Below, piece after piece: positions 14,891 through 26,500 of a stretch of 64,000 nt of DNA. Position numbers and translations under genes: made by a program. The first letter of the stretch is position 1; every line of letters starts with the position of its first letter. The DNA lies in NCBI GenBank assembly GCA_043228905.1, contig JBHGNT010000001.1, positions 2,170,001 to 2,234,000 on the forward strand, read 5' to 3'. The notes below the pieces were generated by a model. The model searched no databases. It was not told the DNA's origin and saw only the letters and a program-made list of their open reading frames with translations. The stretch comes from Azolla caroliniana. Its lineage: Eukaryota > Plantae > Polypodiophyta.

Positions 14891-16839
14891 TGGCCTACTT
14901 GACCTCATCCATGTGAGATTATGTGTGTGCTTGTAACAATTACATGCCTTAATACACCTAGTGAAAGAGGGAGGAAGTCATGTATGAATAGGTCATTTTA
15001 GTCATGGACCTCAAACTCTAAACCTAACAACCTTGACATCTTGTATATGTTCATAACCTTAGATACTTGTGTATAGCGTCATGCGTGACAAGTCTAGCAT
15101 GCTAAATACTTTTGTTACCTCGAGTCCAATCTCACATCTTTTGTGAGTTCTATCTCTTGGTTGAAGTTGCCTCTTGATTGATTACATGTGCCTAGTTTGG
15201 TGTCAAGAGATCACGATGGTGGCCTCCGTAGAAATCTTAAATTACCTTCATAATTTTGTGTCGAGACCCTCAAAGCACATTTGCGGGAGTGACTTGCCCC
15301 TTAATAGGAGAGGAAATGCAATCTTTGCATCTTACGTTTGAAATTGCATCGCTATTAACATGTGAATCATTTTATGTTAAGAAGTCGTGCTTCTTGAGAT
15401 GTCAAACTCAACCATAGGACGCGTGTGAGCACGCCCATTTATGACCATGTATAATAGTTCAACCTTGTGCAATAGATGTTTGGAAATGTTTATTGAAATG
15501 GAGGGGATATTTAATGATATTCCACTCACTCTCCCACCTCGCACATAAAATTCCATTTAATTGCCCATTAAGTCTCCCCCATGCATCAAGGGTTTACCCA
15601 ATTAATTGTTCTATTATCATCCTTCATTTTGCTTCATGTAATATTGCCTCTCTTCTCCCTTGTCTCTTGCATGTAACATCTATTGGCTCTATATGTAATG
15701 AACATTCTAGATATAACTTCAATACTTTTTTCACAACGTCGACGCATAGATACCTTAAGAGGAATATAGTTTTGAGACACTCGTTGCACCTTTAAGGGGA
15801 CAACTAGCCTTCCTATATGGAATTAATAATTGGCAACACCTCTCAAATTTCAATATGTGGATCATTTGGTGTTAAGATTTCATGCTGATTAACACGATAG
15901 AAATATAGAGAAATGGCACCTGGAGACCACTACAATGACTACTACCCTATAAGTAGGAGAAGTGATTAGATCATTATATGTCATCCATGATTTGCATTAT
16001 TTGATGTAACAATCATTTGTTGTCCTACCATGTTATTTGTCATGGGGTTGTTTTAGAATATAACATATTTATTACTCCTACATATGACAAATCAAATAAT
16101 TACAACTTACAAGTAAAAACGTGAATTTCATGTCTCAAGTGTGTTTGTCTTCTTGTAAACAAGACATGAATGCCAATGCAAACTTGTGTATGCGTTGTAG
16201 TTTTAATATGGAGATTACAAAATTGTTGTTGTTTTATTGCATTCTTCTTTAGAAGCCATTGCATTACAAAATTTTTAATATGACATCTATCGATGATCCA
16301 TATCAAATTTATTGCTTTGAATCCAAAAAAATTGTTGAAGTTTTCCATCATTCACTTCAAAATATATTTCACAAATGCATCATTCCCAAATAATCCAAGA
16401 CTTATAAAGCTCAATGAATCCATAACATGTGTCAACTCAAATCATAGATCTAGAGTCAAGATATTTGTGACTTCAAACTGGAAATTCAAATGACACGATT
16501 GTTTTCAATTTAATAGCTAAATTTACAAAAACTCTTCTATTTATATTTAAAACTCAATCGCTAACTTTGATGACAAAAAGACTTTGGAGCAAATTTTACT
16601 CTCTTCCATTTTTCATGTTGGAAATAAATGACACATTTCTTAACGTACACTTTATGTTTTGAATGTTTTGAAGCAATGATTTCTCTATAAAACATGAAAA
16701 TGGATATGCATAACTTAGATGGAGAGGCTATAAAAAAAATGCCATTCATCCCCATTTATGGACAAGGGTTTACATGAAGACTATATATGCAAAACATTGT
16801 ATGTTCCTCTAGAAACTCTTTGGGTTCCATTATATAAAC

Positions 16840-17347
16840 AAGGTCTACCCAACTTAGGTTAGAGACAATACCTCACAAAATTTTCCCTCACCCCAAAATG
16901 AACCAAGCATAGCATTAATGTCCTGCTTGCCTTCCATCCAAGCCATGGGTCTATTTGACTCAAGCGGGGTTCTCTACAAATAGATAGGACTCAAGCGAGT
17001 GTCAATGTCAAGGGCTACCCAACTTAGGTTAGAGACAATACCTCGCAAAATTTGCCCCTCACCCCAAACTGTACTGAACAGAGCATTACTGTCTCACTTG
17101 CCTTCCATCCAAGCCATGGATCTATCAAACTCTAGCGGGGGTCTACAGATAAATAAGACTCAAGTGAGTGTTAATGTCAAGGTGTACCCAACATAAGTTA
17201 GAGACAATACCTTGCAAAATTTGCCCTCACCCCAAACTGATCACCAAACTAAAGCTTAATGTCTCACTTGTCTTCCATCCAAGCCATGGGTCTATCAAAC
17301 TCTAGTGGGGGTCTACAGATAGATAAGACTCCAGTGAGTGTCAATGA
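16840..17347. repeat. Three tandem ~169-bp units upstream of the PPR gene
   Basis: AAGG.CTACCCAACTTAGGTTAGAGACAATACCT...CCCTCACCCCAAA...CTTCCATCCAAGCCATGG...GACTC.AG.GAGTGT.AATG at ~16840, ~17010 and ~17179. Confidence 0.9.
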
Positions 17348-17629
17348 CATGCTAAAGTTTTCCACCCATTAGCATGGATCTAGTTAAAGTCAGATGGGAG
17401 ATTATATATTAATAATTATATGATTTGACTCACTAGAAACTCCAACAAATTCAATTGAGTGCTCGTCAGAGTTAGAGAAGAGTATATATACACTATTACA
17501 TCATTTGTACCACCACTATTACATCATTTGAAGACAACACACATCACTTTCTGAAATATACATGACTGCCCATTCACACAATACATCCTATACCATCATG
17601 AATTCTCTGGCATGTTGTTGTAGATTTCA

Positions 17630-20557
17630 ATGACCCATCATTGTCCTTATTCCAATCTATACAGATTATGCGACAATGGCGGAATTGCTGAGGCAATTAG
17701 GTACATTAATACCTTTATCAAACCCAGAGCTCCCATCCCCATTGAGGTATTTACCCATTTGGTCAGAGAATGCAAAAACAAGCGTAACCTGGAAATGGGC
17801 AGAAAAGTTCAAACTCTAATACAAGAAAGCAACTTTCAACACCATGCAAAACTATCTTCTCAACTCATCGATATGTTCTCTTCATGTGGAAGCATCAAAG
17901 AAGCCACCCGAGTCTTTGAAAGCTTCTCTAAGCCACACGTATATGCATGGAATGCTATCATATGTGCGTATATGCAAAATGGCTTATATGAAGAAACCAT
18001 GTATTTGTATGTGAAGATGCAAGGATCAAACACATATCCGACCATCGAGATTTTTCTTTCTGTCCTTAAGGCATGTATGAATGTATTGGCGCTTTCCGAG
18101 GGAAGGCTTATTCATTCTGATGCCATCAAACAAGGTATTGATCAACATTTGTTTATTGGAAGCACTCTGATTAATATGTATTCTAGATGTGGTTCTTTAG
18201 TTGATTCATTCATCGTATTTGATATGCTTCCGGTTCGGGACTCAGCATGTTGGTCTGCGATGATTTGTGGATGTGCTCAACATGGATGTAATTTGGAAGC
18301 TTTTCAATATTATAGAAGCATGCAAAAAGAGGGGTTTGAAGCAAACATTGCAACATATTTAAGCATGCTGAAAGTATGTGCATCTACATATGATTTCAAC
18401 AAAGTGAGAATTTTTCATATGGAAATAGTCAAAGTAGGGTTTGAATTAGATTTATATATCGGCAATGCACTTGTTGATTCTTATTCCAAGTGTGGTAGCT
18501 TTGATGAATCATGCATTGTTTTCAACAAATTGTCTTTACGAAGTGTAGTTTTGTGGTCGGTGATGATTGCTGGATATTTGCACCATGGTCGAGGTCAAGA
18601 AGCTATAGAACTCTTCAAAAAAATGCAGGTGGAGAGGATTCCACCACCTGATCATATCACATACTTGTATCTTATTAAGGCATGTGTTAGTATTGGAGAC
18701 CAAGATAGTGGACATTTTATCCATGCTCATATAATACATATTGGGATCGACACTGATCCATATCTTAGGAGCTCTTTAGTTGAAATGTATGCAAAATTTG
18801 GTAGGTTGAGTGATGCAAAAAAGGTATTTGATATTTCACAAAGGAATGATAGTATTTCATTGGCTGTGATGAGTACGGCGTACCTTGATAGTGGACATCA
18901 AGAGGAATCACTTTATTTGCTTGTGAAGATGATACAAATTGGCATCCGGCCGGATAAGGTCCTCTTTCTTTGTCTTTTAAAGTCATGTGTGGGCATGTTA
19001 ACTATGGAGCATGGGAGGTTAGTTCACAGTTATATTTTGAAACAAGGGTTTCAATCAGACCTACATGTTGCTAGTGCTTTGATTGATATGTATGCACAAT
19101 GTGGTAGTATAAATGATGCATACAATGTGTTTGAGAAACTACCCGATCGGGACACTACATGTTGGAATGCCCTTACATTTGGGTTATTGGACAAAGGTCA
19201 TTTCCAAGAAGCTCAACGTCTGTTCGAGAAAATGCAACAAAATGGTGTATATTATTGTGATAATGTCACATTATGTCTTGCTTTAAAAGCATGTGCCAAG
19301 GCTGGAGTGCTTGGTAAGGGAAAATTGATCCATATGTGTGCTGTGAAAATGGGACATGATTCACTCTTGATGATTGCTGATGCTTTAATGGATATGTATG
19401 GTAAATGTGGCTATCTGGAAAATGCATATGAAGTATTTGAGAAGTTGCAAGATAAAGATGTGGTGTCTTGGAGTGCCATAATTTCTGTACATGTGGATAA
19501 TGGGCATTGTGAAGAAGCTTTCCACTTGTTCGAAAACATGCAAAAGAAGGGTTTTGATCCAGATCATATCACTTTTGCATGCATGTTGAAAGCATGCGCA
19601 AATATGGAGTACAAAAAATACGGAGAGTTTATTCATAGTAGAATTATGAAACGAGGAATTGATTCAGATGTATTTGTTGGCAATGCAATGGTCGATATGT
19701 ATGCCAAGATGGGTGACGTTATTGCTGCAATAAGGGTGTTTGAGAGATTGGCTAAAAGACAAGTGGTAGGATGGAATGCTCTGATGTGGGGACTCTCAGA
19801 GCTAGACATGAATGAGGCAGCTCTTCAATTCTTCCAAAAAATGCAATTTCAAGATTTACAACCCGATCATTTCACATATGTTGGTGTTATAAAAGCCTCC
19901 TCAAACATAGCAGACCTATCTACTGGAAGATTATTGCATATCTGTATAATTTCTCAAGGATTTGAATCTCACATGACTCTTGAGAATACATTGATTGATA
20001 TGTATGCAAAATGTGGCAGCATAAAAGATGCATGCTCCATTTTCAGTATGATGCAAACACGATCTATAGTGTCATGGAATACTATAATGGAAGGTTATGG
20101 TGAGCATGGCCATCATGCTTTAGTGTTCCAGTGCTTTAAGGCCATGCAAAACGAAGGTGTTCTCCCAGATAGTGTCACATTTGTGTGTATTCTATCAGCA
20201 TGTAGCCATGGAGGATTAATTCAAGAGGCTTATCATGTTTACAATATGATGACTGGAATGTTTGGTCTGGTTCCTTCCGTGCAACACATTGTTTGCATGG
20301 TAGATACACTTGGTCGTGCAGGATGCCTAGGTCAGACAAAGAGGTTGATTATGGGAATTCCATTTCAACCTGATCCAGTTGTATGGATAGCTTTATTGGG
20401 TTCATGTGCAAGATGGGGTAACATTGTCATTGGAGATTGGGCATTTGAGCAACTTAGACAAATTGATCCAACAAATTCTGCTGGAAATTTGTTATTGTCA
20501 AACATCTATTCAAGTAATCACATGCCAGGAAAATACACAAGAGCTCATAGAGTATAG
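17630..20557 (+). CDS. PLS-class pentatricopeptide repeat protein with C-terminal E domain (organellar RNA-editing specificity factor), no DYW domain
   Basis: 975-aa single ORF of P-L-S triplets (e.g. GNAMVDMYAKMG...VVGWNALM, TLIDMYAKCGSIKDA). It ends in PDPVVWIALLGSCARWGN...SAGNLLLSNIY (E motifs) and then a stop. The true start may lie in an upstream exon. Confidence 0.95.
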   Translation: MTHHCPYSNLYRLCDNGGIAEAIRYINTFIKPRAPIPIEVFTHLVRECKNKRNLEMGRKVQTLIQESNFQHHAKLSSQLIDMFSSCGSIKEATRVFESFSKPHVYAWNAIICAYMQNGLYEETMYLYVKMQGSNTYPTIEIFLSVLKACMNVLALSEGRLIHSDAIKQGIDQHLFIGSTLINMYSRCGSLVDSFIVFDMLPVRDSACWSAMICGCAQHGCNLEAFQYYRSMQKEGFEANIATYLSMLKVCASTYDFNKVRIFHMEIVKVGFELDLYIGNALVDSYSKCGSFDESCIVFNKLSLRSVVLWSVMIAGYLHHGRGQEAIELFKKMQVERIPPPDHITYLYLIKACVSIGDQDSGHFIHAHIIHIGIDTDPYLRSSLVEMYAKFGRLSDAKKVFDISQRNDSISLAVMSTAYLDSGHQEESLYLLVKMIQIGIRPDKVLFLCLLKSCVGMLTMEHGRLVHSYILKQGFQSDLHVASALIDMYAQCGSINDAYNVFEKLPDRDTTCWNALTFGLLDKGHFQEAQRLFEKMQQNGVYYCDNVTLCLALKACAKAGVLGKGKLIHMCAVKMGHDSLLMIADALMDMYGKCGYLENAYEVFEKLQDKDVVSWSAIISVHVDNGHCEEAFHLFENMQKKGFDPDHITFACMLKACANMEYKKYGEFIHSRIMKRGIDSDVFVGNAMVDMYAKMGDVIAAIRVFERLAKRQVVGWNALMWGLSELDMNEAALQFFQKMQFQDLQPDHFTYVGVIKASSNIADLSTGRLLHICIISQGFESHMTLENTLIDMYAKCGSIKDACSIFSMMQTRSIVSWNTIMEGYGEHGHHALVFQCFKAMQNEGVLPDSVTFVCILSACSHGGLIQEAYHVYNMMTGMFGLVPSVQHIVCMVDTLGRAGCLGQTKRLIMGIPFQPDPVVWIALLGSCARWGNIVIGDWAFEQLRQIDPTNSAGNLLLSNIYSSNHMPGKYTRAHRV

Positions 20558-21729
20558 TCAGATATTTTCACCACAATAATTCTGAGAATATATACATTTA
20601 ACCTTGAAAGAATTATAAGAGGAATGGTGCAATGAATTGATTAGGAGATGTTATCTGTGGTAAAACCGAATGAGAAAAGGTGGTCTGTCTTTGATGTCAG
20701 AGTGTTTAGTCCTAAAGGTTTGATGCCCTTAGCATACAGCTTCCTACAGCGTGGAAGTGGCTTGAATGTATTACAAAACATGGTTTTTGATTCCTATCAT
20801 TTTCATTGCAAAAGCTTTGGATCACATCCTCACTATCATCTACCTCTAAATGCAGGAAGGTACTCTATGCTATAGCCACTTTAACTCATTCTGGGTAGAT
20901 GTTGCCAATGAATCTCATGCTAGGGTGCATGGGACATTAACTCAATAATTTGTGTTCCATCATGTTAAATTAAAGATGAAACTCGTTCCAGCCTTCTCGA
21001 TTGCTCATTGAATGTTGTCAGAAGTAAGAACTTCAATATGACTGAAGCAGAAGTTATGTTGTATCATGGCGCGTCTCTGCAAATGCATGAAAGGAAATAG
21101 TGCATTGTGAAGTCCATAATGCTCCAAACCCTCTGAAATACAGTCATGTGTGAATGCAACATATGCGTTTCATCGCAATATTGGCGAGTTCTGTGATCTT
21201 CATTTCCATCAAAACACACTTGCAGAATATGTATAACACATTCCACCAAGGCGAAAGCATTTGAAAGTTCAGGTTACTGATCAAAGGAAAAACATTGACA
21301 AAAGAAAACTTGATGAATTTAATCACATAAAGAGAGATCAAAGTGCAACAGCATTTAATAGTACAAATCACCAGATGCCTTTTTCTTCATTAAATATAGC
21401 ATTCCTGTTCCAGTATTATTGTGATCCATCACCTTTTCTCACATATACTATCATATTTACAAGTTATGCATTCATACAACTGCCATAATGGCAACCTCAC
21501 GAATCAAAACTACCAATTATGACTCTCAAAAAGAATGTGTGTCTCAATGCTACAGGTAATTTGAAAAGGAAAATGGGGATAGACTCACAATTTTAAGAAG
21601 CACTGCTATACTACTCGCAGAGTACGCAAAGAGGGCTTGTTCAATCTCTAGATTATTTCAGCTCTTTCTTCCAACAGATGATTGTGAAGTGATATCTAGA
21701 ACCAAGACATTCCCAAAATCAGATTAATC

Positions 21730-23500
21730 TATTACATCCATTTCCTTGACAAATCGACGGCTAAGCTCTGATGGATGCTTATCCCTAATCTAAATGTCGC
21801 CCTCTGCATTTCCATCTACAACATTCAAATCATCATCCAAAATACATTCGAATCATCAGTCAGCAAATTTGTACTGCTACTGTTATATATATATATATAT
21901 ATCTTTGACATAATCAGTGCTAAGCATAGTGGTGCCAAATCTCTAAAAGCTGCTCTGTATTGTCATTAACATTGGAATTATCAGTCGACATCTCTGAAGT
22001 CTCACTGTCACTAATAATGTAGACATTGTCAGTACTAATTATAATGATGCCAAATCCCTCAATGCTGCTATTGCCACCTATAACACTGGAATCATCGGGC
22101 AACATATCTGTGCTTTGCCACCAAACATTACACTGCGATTGAATCATCAATGCTAACTAGTATCAAATGTCTCAAGGCTGCATCTATATTGCCATCTATA
22201 AACCAAGAATCATTGACGAAAATCTCTGCAGTGCCACCACCATCAATAATGCTGACATCATCAATGCTAACTACACTTGAATTAAATCTCTCGAGATCGC
22301 TGCTATCTTCATTGCTGTCAATAACATTGAAAACATCAGTCATCATCTCTGTAGTGCCACAACATTGACATCGTATGCGCTGGCTGGACTTGTGTCAAAT
22401 CAACACAGCTATTTATAACATTAAGATCTACAGCACCATTGATCCTGATAACGTTGACATCATTAGTTCAAACAATACTGGTGTCAAACCTCACAACACT
22501 GTCTCTGCATTGCCATTAATAACATTGGAATGATCTGTCAACTTCTCTCCAGTGCTATCAATAACATTAACAACATTGGTACTAATTATAATTTCTTGAG
22601 AGCAAAATCTGTTGAAAATCCTATCTGCATTGCTGTCTCTACCATTCAAATCATCAGCAAACATCTCTGCAGTGCCACCGCCACTAAAAACATTATCATC
22701 GGCGCTAATTATACTGGAGTCAAATCTGTTATCTTTATTGCCATCTACAACATTTAAATCATCAGCCATAATCTTTGAAGTGTTACTGGCACATATAACA
22801 TTGGCATCATCGGTCACCACTGCTGCATTGCAGCTGCCACTTACAGTATCAGTGCTAACTATACTAGTCTCAAATCTCTCAAGGCTGCTATTTCCACTGT
22901 AACCTAAAACATTTGAATCATCAACCATAACCTCTGCTGTCCCATCAAAAAATAAAACATTGGAATCATCAGCAATTGTCTCTACAGTGCCACTACCATA
23001 TATAATATTGGAATCATTGGCCAGAGCCTCTGAATTGCCACCATCACCATTGATAGTAGCAAGATCACTGATTCCAGATCTCTCACAGCCACTATGTTTG
23101 TTGCAACTTTTGACATTTGAATGGTCAGCCACTATCTCTGAAGTGCCATCATCATATATAACCTTCGCATCATCAGCCATCATCTCTGCAGTGACATTAC
23201 CATCAGTAATGGTGATACCATTGGTTCTAGCTACAATAGAACCAAACATCTCCAGGCTGCTATCTGCATTGCCAGTTGTCATAAATACACTGGAATCTAA
23301 CCTCTCAAGATTGGTATTTAAATTGCTACAAATCACACTAGAATCATTGATTAGCCTCCCTGTGGTGCCACTATAACTTGCAATATTATAATCATTGCTC
23401 AGTATCTGTGCATTGCCAACAATATTGGAAGCATCGATTATCATCTCTGCATTGCCACTTGTTACACTGATATCATCAGTCACCATCTCTGCATTGCCAC
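21730..23500 (-). repeat. Degenerate coding-type repeat array (~51-bp unit, G-T/N-A-E-x-x-x-D-D-S-N-V-I, interspersed with SSLERF(D/E)SSIV units)
   Basis: ORF 22491-23519 and broken ORFs 22128-22346 and 21920-22150 share the same peptide units. Plus-strand CATCTCTGCA(G/T)TGCCA and CATTGGAATCATC motifs recur throughout. Confidence 0.85.
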
Positions 23501-26500
23501 CTAAGACAAGGCAAGGCAATATTCAGTCACATTGATGATGGAATATTGAATCTCCCCCCAAATTTCAAAGCAAAAGCTGCTAAAGGAGCAATCATTCAAC
23601 TAAAAATAAATAATTATGTGAAAAAACCACTTCGAGTACAAAGAAAGATATATTCTTGTCTTTTTAAGAGGCCAAAATGACCTGTGCAATCAAACGCGAG
23701 ATTACATCTTAAAATGTTGTCTTGTCTTTAAGAACAAACCAAAATAAATCTAAGTAAAAACTAAATAAAAATGAAACATAACTAAAGAATCTCGTTACAA
23801 ATACATGTAAGATTCTCAAGTTAGATACGTTGTAATTTTTTTTATTCTAACGGTCTCTAGCATAGGTTGATCCCAGATCTCCAAAGCGAAGGAAGCGCCT
23901 GCAATGGCGGACATTAGATATAATGGCCTTTATTTGTTGATGACAATGGTTGTGAGATCTTCGTCCAAGGCCAAGCCTACATGCATGAAAAATTGCTATT
24001 GCCCAATCTACTGTAACCCATTATTGAGACAAAAGGGCACAGCTTTTGGGTACATGGATACCACTCCACGCGAATGGTATTTTATTCATTTCAGATGCTG
24101 CAGAAGGTTTAAGAAGACACTTAGATGGTCTACACTCTTTTTAGCACATGATAAGGAACTCAATGTGAACCGCCAGAAAACAGCAATAGTCTTTTATAAG
24201 ACATAGGAACGGGTTAAAACATCAGAGCATTATCTTCACATATGGACAGGATAATGTAAAATATGTGGGTTCCTAGTGTAGAGCATTAAAGCTAGTTTGG
24301 GTGCAAGTATAATAGATGGAGATGCCTGGTAAGAACAATTCGGGCTAAGGCCCCAGTCGCAAGGAACCCCATAACAGAAGTGCACTACATTTTCAAGTGT
24401 GAAAAATATTACAGGATCCATGGGCACTTGTTACTGTCTCCTTTAAGTTCCATGGTCATGTCTACACAGGCTCTCCTCAGGAGTCTGGGTGACAACATAT
24501 CATCCTGCTGCATGGAGGAGATGTAGTACTTGATATCCAATACGTGGATCCTCACAGCAGCATAGTGGTTTACTTTAGAGGATTCAAAGCATCAAACATC
24601 ATCATGAACGCCCTTTCCTACCTTCGTTTCATAAGTCTTCTTAGCACGCATTAATATGACATCTCATTTCAGTCATCACATTAATATTAAGTCAAACCTG
24701 AGCTCATTGGAGGTTTTCAGATAGGCAGATATATAAAAAATTACAAGTGGGCGATAAACTTAAAGACAAGGTCAACGAAATCAGAAGTACATTGTCTTTG
24801 CTAGAGCACAAGCCAGATCCAGCTCAAGAAAACCATGACCAAGCCTATGAATCCAAAGCAGAGTTTTATTGATGCTGGGGGAAACGGTAAATGAAAGAAG
24901 AACATAATGTGAGAATTGATGGTTTGAAATGAGCAAGAAAACATTGAAAAAAAAAGATGAATATCTCATAAGTAAGAAGACTATGCTAAAGAAATTGGAT
25001 TCTGTTGACCACAAAAAATTGAAAGAGACAGATCCATCAGGGAGGACAGAACTTTGAACCGCAAGATTCACTCAATGATAAAGATCAGATCCACCAAATG
25101 AGCTAGAAGATCTTTAAAATCTGGTCCATAAAAGGTGACTATAAAGGAAGTGATGCAAAATTGACAAGGAAATCTGTTCAAGCAAGGCTGTTCATATCAG
25201 ATATATGTCATGTTATTGGTAGAATAGATCCTAGTGCCTCCAAGTTTTTTGCTTATACATATTCAAAAGGTTTGGCATTCTAAAGTCCTCAGATAAGGGG
25301 AATTTACCAGCTTACCTTAGTTGTCCATTCATTATACCCAGAGAATTGCATCAATCATATCTATTGAGAATTTATCAGAAATCATTCTGTATTGACTTGC
25401 AGAAGCTTTTGTTTTCATTCAGTATATTGAGGCCATTTGTTGCGTAAGTTATATCAAGTGAACTGCGTGTATAGGAGATTTATAGGAAATCATTCATCTG
25501 TCAATTTAAACTTACACTGAGGCCATTGTTTTACTTAATGTATGTATATCAAAAAGAAGAGTGAAATTCAGAAATGATATCTGAAAACAATAATCTAAAA
25601 TAGCATGCTTCCTCACAACTTTAGATATCAGTACATCAACAAACATAATTCCATAAAACATTCTAAATGAGGTAATAAATATTACAAGTTGAAAGAATCA
25701 TAAGCCGTACCTTGCCTAGTCAAAGGTCTTACACCCGTGCTTACACTAAATGATGGTGTTTGGCTTATCAGAAATTCTTGATTACTACCATTGACTGGAG
25801 TCACTGATGTTTGATGCAAAATTAAATCTCCAGATATATTATCCACCTTTGAAACTTCCTGTATATTCTCTATTTTCTCTCCTTTCTTCCGCCTTGCATA
25901 GAATTTGGGACAGAACTGTATTTCCCCCATTATCTCACTGCTGCTAAAAAGAAGATTCATATAATTACTAATTTTACTTCCATCCCAATTTGTGATGTCT
26001 TTTGTTTCTCTTACACCTGGAGTAGCATTATACTCAACAGACTCTAGAAACATGGATGATTTTTTCCTTCTTGTTCTTACATAAACATTTTTTATAGTCT
26101 GTTCCTTATCTTGAAGCTCCAAAATTTTAACTACTTCCTGTAATTCACACTGATGGCCTTGATCTGATTCACATACTGGTGTCTTTAGTGAGTTTACACC
26201 AATGATAGTATTTCTTCTGGACAGCTTTGAATCTTTCAATTCCCTAAGCCCATCAGCTACCCATCTTCTTGATTTAACCTGCATGTAAATAGTTAGGCTC
26301 AGAAAACTTGTGCGGATGTAGAAGAAATTACAGCAATGAATAAGACTTCCAAGGCACAAACAAGTCCAGAAAGTAGTCTAAATGCATTGAAAATAGACGG
26401 TAAAAGACTTCTCGTGTACGATGAATACAATTATTGGTGATTAGCAAACCTGGAACTAGTGGAAGCCATAAACAAGATAGATATTGAACTATATAATTGA

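Noticed and set aside
20648-20875. Short ORF after PPR1 with DSYHFHCKSFG, faintly like the DYW end (DxxRFHHFxxG)
   Set aside because: No HxE or CxxC deaminase motifs, too short, no terminal DYW-like triplet; probably chance.
22150-23376. Plus-strand ORFs (22150-22368, 22612-22902, 22960-23376) rich in S/L/I
   Set aside because: Antisense shadows of the minus-strand repeat ORF.
23860-25320. Possible transposon coding remnant in the last intron of the IDM1-like gene (e.g. FLRFGDL on the minus strand)
   Set aside because: No continuous frame, second motif or termini could be established by eye.
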